Positions 47,615 to 57,285 of a stretch of 64,000 bases of DNA are shown in pieces; position 1 is the first letter of the stretch; each line of letters starts with the position of its first letter. This DNA is from Candidatus Omnitrophota bacterium (GTDB lineage Bacteria; Omnitrophota; Gorgyraeia; B26-G9), in contig JAHITY010000124.1 of assembly GCA_018817165.1 (NCBI GenBank), positions 33,973 to 97,972 on the forward strand, in the 5' to 3' direction. A program made the position numbers and the translations under genes. The notes below the pieces were generated by a model. It did not search any database, was not told where the DNA came from, and saw nothing but the letters and a program-made list of their open reading frames with translations.

Positions 47615-47751
47615 ATATAGTCAATAGCTAATCGTCGATAGTCAATAGTATTTTTAGCTTTAAACTATAAGCCATCAGCTATTAGCCAATTTCTTCTTTT
47701 TACTTTATAAACTTTAAGAACTTTATGAATTGGAGTATCCTTGTGTAAGGC

Positions 47752-50472
47752 TTATCCTAGAAGTATTTCAATGGTGATATGCGTATTCTTGGAGAATTTA
47801 GTAATGTCTTTGCGAAGAATTCTTGCTTTATGAGCAGAAACTTTTTTATAATCAACTTGATTTGGCTTTACCTTTAAACTTTCGATTCTATAAACAGGGT
47901 GCGCTAATTTATTGGGGTTTTGAATAATAATGCTTATCCGTCTATCCGCAAAATAGCAAGAAGTAGAGACAGTATCAGTATTTTTGAATTGTTCGCTGGT
48001 AAACTTTGGTTCAATTACCAAATCACCAAAATGTCCTTTAATCCCAAAAACCTCAGTCAGTATGGTTAAAATATACCAGCTGGCAGAACCGGTTAAATAA
48101 GAATAAAGCCCTTTTCCTTCAAGATTGAAATACTCGGGAAGGCAAGGATAGATTTTACTTACATTGGTATTAGTAGCCAAATCCATTAAACTGCTTAAAA
48201 CAGCATAGCCTTCTTTTACAAAGTTGCGCTGATAAAGCGCATAAGCAAACATAACACACATATGGCTGAATATAGCGCCATTCTCTTTATCCCCATAGGA
48301 AAAGGCAAAAGCTCTTCCCAGGTCGAACTGAGGGGTTTTAAAGTTTGTGTTCAAGCGAAAAGAATTGAGCGTTTTATCCTTAAGGTATTTACTGGCTGCC
48401 GCATAAATATTTTTTATTTGTTTTTTTGAAGCCGCACCGCTCATAATCGGGAAGACCTGTCCAGTCAGAGTCATGCGCATTTGCCCGTTTATTTTGCCTT
48501 CAACCCGTTTGCCTTTATTATTGTAATATCCATTAAAAAAGCCGATTTGCTTATTTACGCTGATCCATTCTTTTTTACGTACATGAGCAAATAGCCATTG
48601 CCATTTTTGTGATAAATCGGAAATAAGATCATCAATCTTAACTGAAACTTTTTTTCCGGAAACCCGGTATTTAACTGCCTTGAAATAACTGTGTAATAAA
48701 GCGGTTTTTTTCTCAACGCTGTTATAGTTTATCGGATTTCTATGCAAAGTATCGAGCAGCATGAAAAGTTCTTTGGAAACAACAATGTTTTTCTTTTTTC
48801 TTCTTTTTTTCAGTTCAAGCAAAAGCATGGAAATTTCATAAATATTCCGGGCGTAAAAACAGGTAAAGGCAACGCTTTCACCTTTTTCACTGGCCATATC
48901 CAATCCGTCATTCCAATCAGCGTCTTCTAGCCGGATATTATTATGCTGTCCGACATTAAAAAATTGAACTAAATGCTGCACTAAAGTATGTTCCAGGATA
49001 GTGCCGCTGTAAACATGCCCATCTTTCGTATGCAGTTGTTTGCTGTGTTTAAGTTTCGGATTCCAGTCTAAATCAAGGTCCTTGGCCCGGGAAAGCTGAG
49101 AATCATAATAATAAGAGCAATGTTCAAATAGAATATCAAAATCACCGGTTTGGTGAATGTATAACTCTAAAGTAAATAAAGGCCAAACACCATGGTCCAT
49201 CCATACCCGGCTGATCTTATTTCGGTCAGATATGAATACCCCAAGCTTTTTGGTGATTATCGTGGCATTAGTTCCATCAATCCTAATGCCTGAAAAGTTT
49301 GCTACCAGAATATCGCGGGTCTGCTGCGGATGGGCGAGAATAAGGGTTAAGCAGTCCTGCCATAAATCGCGCCAGCCTTTCCCGCCGCGGCCATAATCAA
49401 AATCAGGTAAAAATGAACAGCCAAAGATTTTTCTTAAAATAGGTTGTAAGGTAACCCAACGCAACCAATTATCATTTGTGATTTCTCCTGTGCAAAAACT
49501 AATCGCGTCGATTCTTTTCTTCCAATAATCAATATTTTCCGCTAAAGCGTTTTTTACTTTTTCTTTTCCGTTAAAGCGGTTAAATACTTTATTGATTTCA
49601 TTTTTATTCTGGGCGATTCCCAGCATAAGAATATACGTGATTGATTCATCAGGAATTAATGTTTTAGGTTGAAAGCGTAAAGCTCCGATTGATTCTTTTC
49701 CATGATGCCGGTTTTCGATCTTTTTAAAGGGAGTAAGGTTTTCCATGATCGCTTTGGGAGCAATTAGATTACCGCCTTCTCCAATGAAAGATTCAATAGA
49801 AGGGAATTGTCCCACAGGCAAATTGCCTTTTTCATCGCAGCCTATAACAAAATAGGAAAAATAATTTTTTTCATGTCCACGTTCGTCAAAAGACATTTCT
49901 GGCTTAATGATAATTCCGTTTTTGGTCAAAGCCGTGCGGTGGAGCAAGCTGGTAACATGTCTGTGGTCACGTAAATTATCAGCAGAACGGCCGAATATCG
50001 GAATCGCGCTTGTGGGAGTAAAAGTAATTGCCCGCGCGGAAATATTAGTGATTTTTATGGTCATTAATTCTACATGATCACCTTTTGCTGGAATAAAATT
50101 AGTTACTTCAGCACTAAGCCCGATATTTTCATTCGAGCGTTTCATGCCATGCCAGAGAATCCCTGCTTTTACCGTAACGTTTTCTTCAGGACTTGAGGAG
50201 TAAGGGGCGCCGTTTATTGACCAGTAAGTATGGGGATTAAGATAAATCCAGAAATTTCTTCCGGAAAAAGTGCTGCTCAGATCCTCGCTGGTGATCGGCT
50301 GCATTAAAAAGTTATTTTGTCCGATTTTAATATCGCCTCTAAGCAGAGGAGTGATTGAGGACATAAACTCGGCTTCATTAGCCAAAGGAAAATACAGCCG
50401 GCTGATTTTATGCGCATCAGGGAAAGTAAAATCACCGTTACGATTTGTAAATTGCCATAATTGTTTTTTCAT
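47752..50472 (-). CDS. GH94-like (alpha/alpha)6-barrel glycoside phosphorylase family protein (cellobiose/chitobiose phosphorylase-like)
   Basis: 906 aa. EDADWNDGLDM resembles the catalytic-acid DWND region of GH94 phosphorylases. YLTGSASWY region. Family assignment from memory of motifs, not from a search. Confidence 0.5.
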   Translation of the reverse strand: MKKQLWQFTNRNGDFTFPDAHKISRLYFPLANEAEFMSSITPLLRGDIKIGQNNFLMQPITSEDLSSTFSGRNFWIYLNPHTYWSINGAPYSSSPEENVTVKAGILWHGMKRSNENIGLSAEVTNFIPAKGDHVELMTIKITNISARAITFTPTSAIPIFGRSADNLRDHRHVTSLLHRTALTKNGIIIKPEMSFDERGHEKNYFSYFVIGCDEKGNLPVGQFPSIESFIGEGGNLIAPKAIMENLTPFKKIENRHHGKESIGALRFQPKTLIPDESITYILMLGIAQNKNEINKVFNRFNGKEKVKNALAENIDYWKKRIDAISFCTGEITNDNWLRWVTLQPILRKIFGCSFLPDFDYGRGGKGWRDLWQDCLTLILAHPQQTRDILVANFSGIRIDGTNATIITKKLGVFISDRNKISRVWMDHGVWPLFTLELYIHQTGDFDILFEHCSYYYDSQLSRAKDLDLDWNPKLKHSKQLHTKDGHVYSGTILEHTLVQHLVQFFNVGQHNNIRLEDADWNDGLDMASEKGESVAFTCFYARNIYEISMLLLELKKRRKKKNIVVSKELFMLLDTLHRNPINYNSVEKKTALLHSYFKAVKYRVSGKKVSVKIDDLISDLSQKWQWLFAHVRKKEWISVNKQIGFFNGYYNNKGKRVEGKINGQMRMTLTGQVFPIMSGAASKKQIKNIYAAASKYLKDKTLNSFRLNTNFKTPQFDLGRAFAFSYGDKENGAIFSHMCVMFAYALYQRNFVKEGYAVLSSLMDLATNTNVSKIYPCLPEYFNLEGKGLYSYLTGSASWYILTILTEVFGIKGHFGDLVIEPKFTSEQFKNTDTVSTSCYFADRRISIIIQNPNKLAHPVYRIESLKVKPNQVDYKKVSAHKARILRKDITKFSKNTHITIEILLG

Positions 50473-50716
50473 AGTACTCTATTTTTATAAATTTAAATTA
50501 AAAGAAATAGATAGAAAGGTCATTATTTATTAACAAAAAAATAGTATACTTGAAAATAGAGAAATTAGCAAGAGAAAAAGTATAGAATTTGCTTAATTTT
50601 AGCCGAAAATCAATTTTTTCCCACACAGATGATTATTTGACACTCAGAAAGATCTGTGTTAAAATTTTGTTTTATATCATCTTATAAGTTATAGTTAAAC
50701 AGAAAGGTATCTTTCA

Positions 50717-51446
50717 ATGAAAATCCTTATTACCGGCGGTTTGGGTTTTATTGGCAGTAATTTTATTCGTTATGCGCTTGCCAAATATCCTGTTATGAAA
50801 ATCGTTAATCTCGATAAGCAGACTTATGCTTCTTGTTTGGCAACTTTGAAAGATCTTGCTTCTAATCCTCGGTATGCTTATATAAAAGGCGATATTTGTG
50901 ATCCGAAAAAGGTTGCTCAGGCAATGAGTGACTGCACAGCGGTGATTAATTTTGCTGCGGAAACCCATGTTGATAGATCGATAAACGATGCTAGCGCGTT
51001 TCTAAACACTAATATAATCGGCGTGCAGGTTCTTTTGGATGCAGCGAGAAAATTAAAAATTAAGCGATTTATTCAGATTGGTACTGACGAGGTCTATGGC
51101 TCGCGTTTAAAAGGTTCGTTTAATGAGAATGATCGATTATTGCCGGGTCATTGATTATGTTTTAAACAAGGGGAAGATAGGCGAAATTTATAATATTGCT
51201 GCCGGAAATGAAATTAATAATATTCAGCTGACTAATTATATCTTAAAAGGATTAAATAAGAAAAAAGATTGTATCAAGCATGTTCCTGACAGATTAGGGC
51301 ATGACCGAAGATATAATTTGGATATTCAAAAAATTAAAAAATTAGGATTTAAGCCGGTATTTAGTTTTGATCAGGCTTTATCCGGGACAATCGAATGGTA
51401 TAAAAATAATCAACAATGGTGGGAAAAATTAAAAAAAAGATCTTAA
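50717..51446 (+). pseudogene. rfbB: dTDP-glucose 4,6-dehydratase (rfbB/rmlB) remnant with internal deletion and frameshift
   Basis: ORF 50717-51154 encodes the Rossmann N-terminus (MKILITGGLGFIGSNF...GTDEVYGS...LLPGH*). ORF 51123-51446, in another frame, resumes at VIDYVLNKGKIGEIYNIAAGNE...DRLGHDRRYNLD. The ~130 aa between them (SPYSASK Y-x3-K catalytic region, NNYGP, RDWLYVEDH) is absent. Confidence 0.7.
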
Positions 51447-52339
51447 TTACAGGGATTCAGGGGATGCTTGGGCAGGACTTAAGCCAAGTATTTGATTTGG
51501 ATTATGAAGTCTATGGGATAGATATTAATCCTGCCGGCGACGGTAAAAGCAGGTTTTTCTCGTCTGATATAACTGATAGAAAAGCGCTTGAGCTTCTGTT
51601 TTCGCAGATAAAACCGGCGATGGTAATTCATGGCGCGGCTTTTACTAATGTTGATCTTGCAGAGACAGAGCCAGAGCAGGCCAGAGCCGTTAATGTTCTG
51701 GGAACAGAAAATATTGCTTTTTTATCGAATAAGTATAATGCTAAATTAATTTTTATCAGCACGGATTATGTCTTTGACGGAAATAAAACAACTCCTTATC
51801 TAGAAACAGATATACCCAATCCAATCAGTTATTATGGCCGTTCCAAATTAGAAGCAGAACAGTGTATTAGTAAGTATTTGACGGAGTATATCATTGTAAG
51901 AACTAGCTGGCTGTTTGGGATTAATGGTAAAAATTTTGTCAAAGCGATTATCAATAAAGCGCGAAATGATGGCGCGCTTAAGGTAGTCAATGATCAGATC
52001 GGTTCACCGACCTATACTTTAAATTTAGCTCAAGGATTGTTCTGGCTGATTAAAGCAGTTTTTGAAACAGAGCCGGAAATGTCTAAATATGGAATTTACC
52101 ATTTGACTAATTCCGGACAATGTAGTTGGTTTGAATTTGCGCAGGCCATTTTGGAAATTACTCAAATAAAAGCGAGTCTTGATCCAGTTGATTCTAATTT
52201 TATAGCGCGTGCGGCTAAAAGACCGAAATTCTCTGTTTTAGATAAAAGCCGGTTTGAGAAAATTACGGGTAAGAAGCTGTGTGTTTGGAAGCAAGGATTA
52301 GAGCAATATTTATTACAGGAAAAAAATCAAGCTGTTTAG
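51416..52339 (+). CDS. rfbD: dTDP-4-dehydrorhamnose reductase
   Basis: KILITGIQGMLGQDL, and the RmlD-like SDR fold with YGRSKL catalytic motif. 307 aa. Confidence 0.85.
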   Translation: MVGKIKKKILITGIQGMLGQDLSQVFDLDYEVYGIDINPAGDGKSRFFSSDITDRKALELLFSQIKPAMVIHGAAFTNVDLAETEPEQARAVNVLGTENIAFLSNKYNAKLIFISTDYVFDGNKTTPYLETDIPNPISYYGRSKLEAEQCISKYLTEYIIVRTSWLFGINGKNFVKAIINKARNDGALKVVNDQIGSPTYTLNLAQGLFWLIKAVFETEPEMSKYGIYHLTNSGQCSWFEFAQAILEITQIKASLDPVDSNFIARAAKRPKFSVLDKSRFEKITGKKLCVWKQGLEQYLLQEKNQAV

Positions 52340-52361
52340 CCTGAAGAATAGTGATTGTTTT

Positions 52362-52802
52362 ATGTATAGAAATGAACAGGAGCTTTCTGCTGGAGCTATT
52401 GTGTTTGATTTTATCAATCAGCTGCCAGTGATTGTGATTTACTGTCGGAAGAACGCTACGCAGTGGTGTTTGCCCAAGGGGAAACTTGAATCAGGGGAAA
52501 CTCCGGAACAGGCCGCTATCCGGGAAGTTCAGGAAGAAACCGGGGTTAGGGGCGAAATAATCGAGCATATTGAAAATATTCATTATAAATATATAGATGA
52601 AAAACGCCAATTAGCGCTGGATAAAACAGTTTTTTTCTTTTTAATGAAAAAAATCGCGGTAGTTTCTCAGCAGTATGATCCGGAAGTTGATGCTGTGGAA
52701 TGGATCGCAATTGATAAAGCTTTTGAAAAATTGAGTTTTGAGTCAGAGCGTAGGGTTGTAGAAAAAGCGATTTTATTGCTCAGACAAAAAGGATATAAGT
52801 AA
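52362..52802 (+). CDS. NUDIX hydrolase
   Basis: Nudix box GKLESGETPEQAAIREVQEETGV. 146 aa. Confidence 0.8.
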   Translation: MYRNEQELSAGAIVFDFINQLPVIVIYCRKNATQWCLPKGKLESGETPEQAAIREVQEETGVRGEIIEHIENIHYKYIDEKRQLALDKTVFFFLMKKIAVVSQQYDPEVDAVEWIAIDKAFEKLSFESERRVVEKAILLLRQKGYK

Positions 52803-52805
52803 TTT

Positions 52806-54536
52806 ATGAAATTTAAACAATTGGCAGCTTATTTTCAAAAACTGGAAAATACCTCTAAACGTCTGGAAATGACGGAAATTTTAGCGGAATTATTTACAAA
52901 TCTGGACCAGTCAGGAAAAGAGAAAATTGAGCAAATTATCTATCTGATACAAGGGCAGCTATTGCCCTCTTTTATAAATGTAGAATTTGGGATCAGTGAA
53001 AAGCTTATTCATCGCGCTATAGTCTTGGCAACTGGCAGTATATCCAATGATATTGAGGAAATGTTTCATAAAATTGGTGATTATGGATTAGTTGCTGAAA
53101 CAGTTTGTTCAGATCATTTGGAAATTTTAAGCATTAGTCAGGTTTATGCTAATTTAGAAAAGCTCGCTAACTTCTCCGGAGACGGATCAGTTGCTAAGAA
53201 AATCGAGTTTCTCGCTGATTTATTAAAAAATGCCAGTCCGCTTGAGGCGAAATACATTATTCGGATAATTTTAGGTAAACTGAGATTGGGCGTGGGTGAT
53301 CCTACGATTTTAGACAGTCTTTCTCTGGCCTATAATCAGGATAAGCTTTTACGTTTGGATTTGGAGCGGGCTTATAATCTTTGTTCTGATCTGGGCTTGG
53401 TGGCGAAAATATTATTTACTAAAGGGATTAGCAGTATTGTTGATTTTAAAGTTATGGTTGGCTGTCCGATTCGGGTGGCTTTGGCCGCAAGATTATCTGG
53501 GCCAGAAGAGATTATTGAGAAAATCGGAGCTTGTGCCGTTGAGGAAAAATATGACGGCTTTCGCTGTCAAGTGCATAAAATGGGCAATAAAGTGCAAATT
53601 TTTTCGCGTAATTTGGAAAATACAACGCATATGTTTCCGGAAATTATTCAAGGCACGCTTGATCAAATAAAAGAAAGCAATGTGATTTTTGAAGGGGAAG
53701 CTTTGGCTTATGACCCAGCTACCGGACAATGTCTGCCTTTTCAAACAACAGTACAAAGAAAGCGCAAACATGGGATTGAATCCATGCAGAAAAAATTTCC
53801 TTTGAAAATTTTTGTTTTTGATCTTTTGTACGCAGGGAAAGACTTAACTCAATACGCTTTTAGTAAAAGACGTCAAATTATGTCAGAGTTAATTAAAAAA
53901 GGCAAAGTTTTAGAGATATCTCCAGTTGAAGAAGTTCAAACCGCGGATAGATTAACTGAAATATTTGAAGATGCTATAGCTCAGGGGCGGGAAGGAATTG
54001 TTGCCAAACGTCTTGACGGAGAATATAAGGCTGGAGGGAGAAATTTTAATTGGATAAAATTAAAACAGTCGTATTCAGATAATTTAAATGATACTATTGA
54101 TTGTGTTATTATCGGTTATTTTTTTGGCAAAGGATTAAGGGCTACGTTTGGGATAGGGTCATTATTAGCTGCTGTTTATGAGCAAAAGACAGATCGGTTT
54201 AAAACAATTGCTAAAATAGGTACGGGATTAAGTGATGCCGAATTGATTCGTTTTAAGGAAATTCTTGATAAAATTAAAATAAATTCTCTCCCGAAAAATG
54301 TTGATTCTATAATTGAGCCTGATGTTTGGGTCGATCCAGTTTATATTGTTGAAGTCCAGGCTGATGAGATAACTCAAAGTCGGGTTCATACATGTGGTAA
54401 ACAGAGTCTTGATGGTACTGGCTATGCTTTACGCTTTCCGCGTACAGTTGGTTTTATTCGAGATGATAAGGCCGCTAAGGATGCTACTACTGTAGAAGAA
54501 ATAACGAAAATGTTTAATTTGCAGGGAAGGAAATAA
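52806..54536 (+). CDS. ATP-dependent DNA ligase (archaeal/eukaryotic Lig-type)
   Basis: Adenylation motif I EEKYDGFRC. Motifs III/IV/V and OB domain (…EGIVAKRLDG…WIKLK…). N-terminal DNA-binding domain. 576 aa. Confidence 0.85.
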   Translation: MKFKQLAAYFQKLENTSKRLEMTEILAELFTNLDQSGKEKIEQIIYLIQGQLLPSFINVEFGISEKLIHRAIVLATGSISNDIEEMFHKIGDYGLVAETVCSDHLEILSISQVYANLEKLANFSGDGSVAKKIEFLADLLKNASPLEAKYIIRIILGKLRLGVGDPTILDSLSLAYNQDKLLRLDLERAYNLCSDLGLVAKILFTKGISSIVDFKVMVGCPIRVALAARLSGPEEIIEKIGACAVEEKYDGFRCQVHKMGNKVQIFSRNLENTTHMFPEIIQGTLDQIKESNVIFEGEALAYDPATGQCLPFQTTVQRKRKHGIESMQKKFPLKIFVFDLLYAGKDLTQYAFSKRRQIMSELIKKGKVLEISPVEEVQTADRLTEIFEDAIAQGREGIVAKRLDGEYKAGGRNFNWIKLKQSYSDNLNDTIDCVIIGYFFGKGLRATFGIGSLLAAVYEQKTDRFKTIAKIGTGLSDAELIRFKEILDKIKINSLPKNVDSIIEPDVWVDPVYIVEVQADEITQSRVHTCGKQSLDGTGYALRFPRTVGFIRDDKAAKDATTVEEITKMFNLQGRK

Positions 54537-54540
54537 TTAC

Positions 54541-55566
54541 ATGTTGAAGAGCGCTTTGTTTTGGGAACCATATATGAAAGATGCTGTGCGCTGTTTTTTA
54601 TGTATGCGTAAATGTATTATTGATAAAGGGCAGTGGGGTTGGTGTCAGACCCGTTACAACCAGGATGGGCAGCTGATTACAATCACATATGGTAAAGTTG
54701 CTCTCTCGAGTGTTTCTCCTATAGAAACAAAGAATATGTATAATTTTTTTCCTGGCAGTTTGTGGCTTTCTCTGGGGGGGCTGGGTTGTAACTTTAAATG
54801 TCATGGTTGTCAGTCTTGGGGTTTATCGCATTGTGATGTGAAAGAAGTTGTGAATAAAACTCATGATTTAAGTCCGGAACTATTAGTTAAAAAAGCGCTG
54901 CGCAATGGCTGTAAAGGGATTGCTTTTGCCCACAATGAACCAACTATGTGGTTTGAATTTGTTTTGGATGTATTTAAATTGGCGAAAGAATCGGGCTTAT
55001 CTACCTGTTTGGTTACTAATGGCTATTTGGGGTCCAAGGCTTTTGAGCAAATTGCTGAATATACGGATGGGCTTTGTATTGATCTCAAAGGTTCTTTTAT
55101 GGAAAGTTATACCCGGATTGCTGATGTAACCGATATTAGTATTATATTCAGCAATGCTAGTGATGCAAAACGTAAGTATGCTATGCATGTTGAGGTTGTT
55201 ACTAACGTTATTCCGGGATACAATTCCAGTGATAAAGAAATAAAAGAAATTGCTTCTTGGATATTCGCTGAATTGGGTAAAGATACTCCGCTGCATTTAA
55301 CCCGATTTTTTCCTTATGGCGAATTTAAGGGGGTTGTGCCCACGCCTGTTGGTTTATTGGAAAAGGCGCAAAAGCTGGCGATTAAAGAGGGGCTGAATTA
55401 TGTATATATTGGTAATATTCCTGGTCATGAGGCGGCGAATACATATTGTCAAAAATGTAAAAAAATGATAATCAGACGAAAAGAGTATGATGAGGTTGAA
55501 TTTAAGCTTAAGAATGGGCATTGTCCTTATTGTAAATCGTTGATATTTGGTAGATTTTCGATGTAA
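54541..55566 (+). CDS. Radical SAM enzyme of the AmmeMemoRadiSam / PflA-like activase type
   Basis: N-terminal C..C..C plus GWCQTR, and radical-SAM GGLGCNFKCHGCQSW. C-terminal CxxC...CPYC. 341 aa. Confidence 0.6.
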   Translation: MLKSALFWEPYMKDAVRCFLCMRKCIIDKGQWGWCQTRYNQDGQLITITYGKVALSSVSPIETKNMYNFFPGSLWLSLGGLGCNFKCHGCQSWGLSHCDVKEVVNKTHDLSPELLVKKALRNGCKGIAFAHNEPTMWFEFVLDVFKLAKESGLSTCLVTNGYLGSKAFEQIAEYTDGLCIDLKGSFMESYTRIADVTDISIIFSNASDAKRKYAMHVEVVTNVIPGYNSSDKEIKEIASWIFAELGKDTPLHLTRFFPYGEFKGVVPTPVGLLEKAQKLAIKEGLNYVYIGNIPGHEAANTYCQKCKKMIIRRKEYDEVEFKLKNGHCPYCKSLIFGRFSM

Positions 55567-55641
55567 TTGATATTGTTTTTAATGGAGAGCTTTCTAGCCA
55601 GCAATATCCTTATCTGAAAAATAATTAAAGGGGTTTGGGGA

Positions 55642-56400
55642 ATGCGGATACTATTGACCAATGATGATGGTATAAATTCAGACGGATTGTATGCGCTTTA
55701 TCTGAGTTTGAGTAAGAAATTTGAAGTAACGGTTTGCGCTCCGGAAGCAGAACAAAGTGCGATTGGTCATGCGATAACCTTGAGCAAGCCTTTGCGTGTA
55801 AAAGAAATAATTAAAAATAAGAAATTTTTTGGTTATGCGGTTAATGGTACGCCCGCGGATTGTGTGAAAATTGCCGTACGCTGTATTTTAAAGCAAAAGC
55901 CGCATATGATTATTTCCGGGATAAATCATGGCCCGAATCTAGGTTCAGATATTATGTATTCCGGAACTGTTTCCGCGGCAACGGAGGGAACTATTCTCGG
56001 TATTCCTTCAATCGCGATTTCTTTAGCAACATATGAAAAACATGATTTTTCTTTTGCCGCGGATTTTGCCTGTACCCTGGCTAAAAAATTTGAGAAAAAA
56101 GGAATTGAGGATGGAGTATTGCTTAATGTGAATATTCCCAGTGTGGAAAAAAGTAAAATCAAAGGAGTCCGGATCACTCGCCAAGGTAAATCCTTATATA
56201 AAGAAGAATTTGTAAAAAGACTGGATCCTCGAGGCAGGATATATTATTGGTTGACGGGAAAAGTTCAATGGATTAAAAAAACCGATGATACTGATATCCG
56301 GGCAATTGAAGAAAATTTTGTTTCGATAACTCCTTTACAATTTGATTTGACAGCCTATCGAGCAATTGAAAATTTGAAAAAAATTAAATTTGGAAAATAA
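55642..56400 (+). CDS. surE: 5'/3'-nucleotidase SurE
   Basis: MRILLTNDDGI N-terminal metal-binding motif and SGINHGPNLG. 252 aa. Confidence 0.9.
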   Translation: MRILLTNDDGINSDGLYALYLSLSKKFEVTVCAPEAEQSAIGHAITLSKPLRVKEIIKNKKFFGYAVNGTPADCVKIAVRCILKQKPHMIISGINHGPNLGSDIMYSGTVSAATEGTILGIPSIAISLATYEKHDFSFAADFACTLAKKFEKKGIEDGVLLNVNIPSVEKSKIKGVRITRQGKSLYKEEFVKRLDPRGRIYYWLTGKVQWIKKTDDTDIRAIEENFVSITPLQFDLTAYRAIENLKKIKFGK

Positions 56401-56425
56401 TAAAATCAAAGGCGGCAAATAAAAA

Positions 56426-56794
56426 ATGGAATCAAAAGAAGATCTGATAAATGTTTTAACTGTAATTTGCGAGCATGATAAAAGATATAAGTTGGATGCT
56501 TATCCGTTTATTCTGGGCGCTTTAAATTTTACAATGCAGCGTTTAAAGCGCAAAGGTCATGTTAGCGGCAAAGAATTATCTGAGGGAATCAGAGACTATG
56601 CTTTGAGTGAGTATGGCAGAATGGCTAGAACAGTGCTGGAGCATTGGGGGCTTAAAGTTACTGAGGATTTTGGGAGTATTGTGTTTAATCTGGTTGATGC
56701 TGGGGTCTTGGGTAAAACTGATGATGACCGGATTGAAGATTTTCAGAATATTTTTGATTTTAAGGTTGTGTTTGAAGATGAGTATAGCTATTAA
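56426..56794 (+). CDS. Small hypothetical protein
   Basis: ORF with RBS-like context and acidic C-terminus. Loosely reminiscent of small conserved hypotheticals of PVC-group bacteria, but not verifiable here. 122 aa. Confidence 0.4.
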   Translation: MESKEDLINVLTVICEHDKRYKLDAYPFILGALNFTMQRLKRKGHVSGKELSEGIRDYALSEYGRMARTVLEHWGLKVTEDFGSIVFNLVDAGVLGKTDDDRIEDFQNIFDFKVVFEDEYSY

Positions 56795-56837
56795 AAATTA
56801 AAATTTTATAATCAGTAAGAAATACTTTTATAAAGAG

Positions 56838-56866
56838 TTGTTATTTGTTGATTTATGTGGTATAAT
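56838..56866 (+). promoter_or_regulatory. Strong sigma-70-type promoter with extended -10 (TTGTTA-N17-TGgTATAAT)
   Basis: -35 TTGTTA 56838-56843, TG at 56858-56859, TATAAT 56861-56866. No ORF of 60 aa or more follows for about 1.1 kb. Confidence 0.5.
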
Positions 56867-56873
56867 TTATAAT

Positions 56874-57285
56874 AGAGTCGATAAGGGCAAACTCTCTCAA
56901 GTTCATTGATTTGATATTCTGTGATTGAGATCCCACTTTGTCGGTTAATCTGGGTTTTATGATTAGCTGCTTAGCCATAAGCCATGGATTTAAGGCTGTT
57001 TATTGGGAATGTGTCATTTTTGGATGATTCATTAGGGGAGCTGAAAAGCGAGGGCGGCACTTGTTTTGATTTTTCAGAACAGTGCCCTCGAAACCAGGGT
57101 TTTGAATCTAGCTCTGTATTCGAGGCAATGCTACAGGCCTAAAGTGTTTATTCTTAAGACAGTTATTATGCCAGCCTTCATGATCGAATTGGAGGAAAAG
57201 TAATACAATGTAAACTGTCGAGGGCGGAAAGCGCAATGGTGGCTGGGTTGCCGAAAGGGAAGTTTTCCCTTACCGGCTTTTTTTT
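56874..57285 (+). ncRNA. Candidate ~410-nt non-coding RNA of unknown class (promoter-to-terminator unit with no credible ORF)
   Basis: Bounded by the extended -10 promoter and the intrinsic terminator at 57250-57285. Contains the imperfect hairpin CGAGGGCGGCACTTG...CAGTGCCCTCG (about 57046-57087) and a re-occurrence of GAGGGCGG at about 57218. Only tiny ORFs without RBS. Confidence 0.3.
57250..57285 (+). terminator. Rho-independent terminator
   Basis: GCCGaAAGGGAA-gtt-TTCCCTTacCGGC followed by TTTTTTTT. Confidence 0.55.

Noticed and set aside
50717-51446. Programmed ribosomal frameshift as an explanation for the split rfbB
   Set aside because: The second frame resumes about 130 residues further along the protein alignment, not at the next residue. 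This is a deletion, not a +1/-1 slip.
56984-57142. A 52-aa ORF (MDLRLFIGNVSFLDDSLGELKSEGG...) inside the candidate ncRNA
   Set aside because: No Shine-Dalgarno sequence upstream and an unremarkable composition, so I treat it as non-coding. It is kept as something Ribo-seq could test.
56874-57285. Tested whether the promoter-to-terminator unit is tmRNA, RNase P RNA, SRP RNA or 6S RNA
   Set aside because: No 5' GGGG/acceptor pairing, no T-arm GGTTCGA..CC, no tag-peptide frame ending in AA-stop (tmRNA). No GGAAAGTCCGG, GTAAGAG or ACAGAA-CCGGCTTA blocks (RNase P). No GGAAGCAGCCAAGG (SRP). The 5' and 3' ends are not complementary (6S). It remains an unclassified candidate, not a named RNA.
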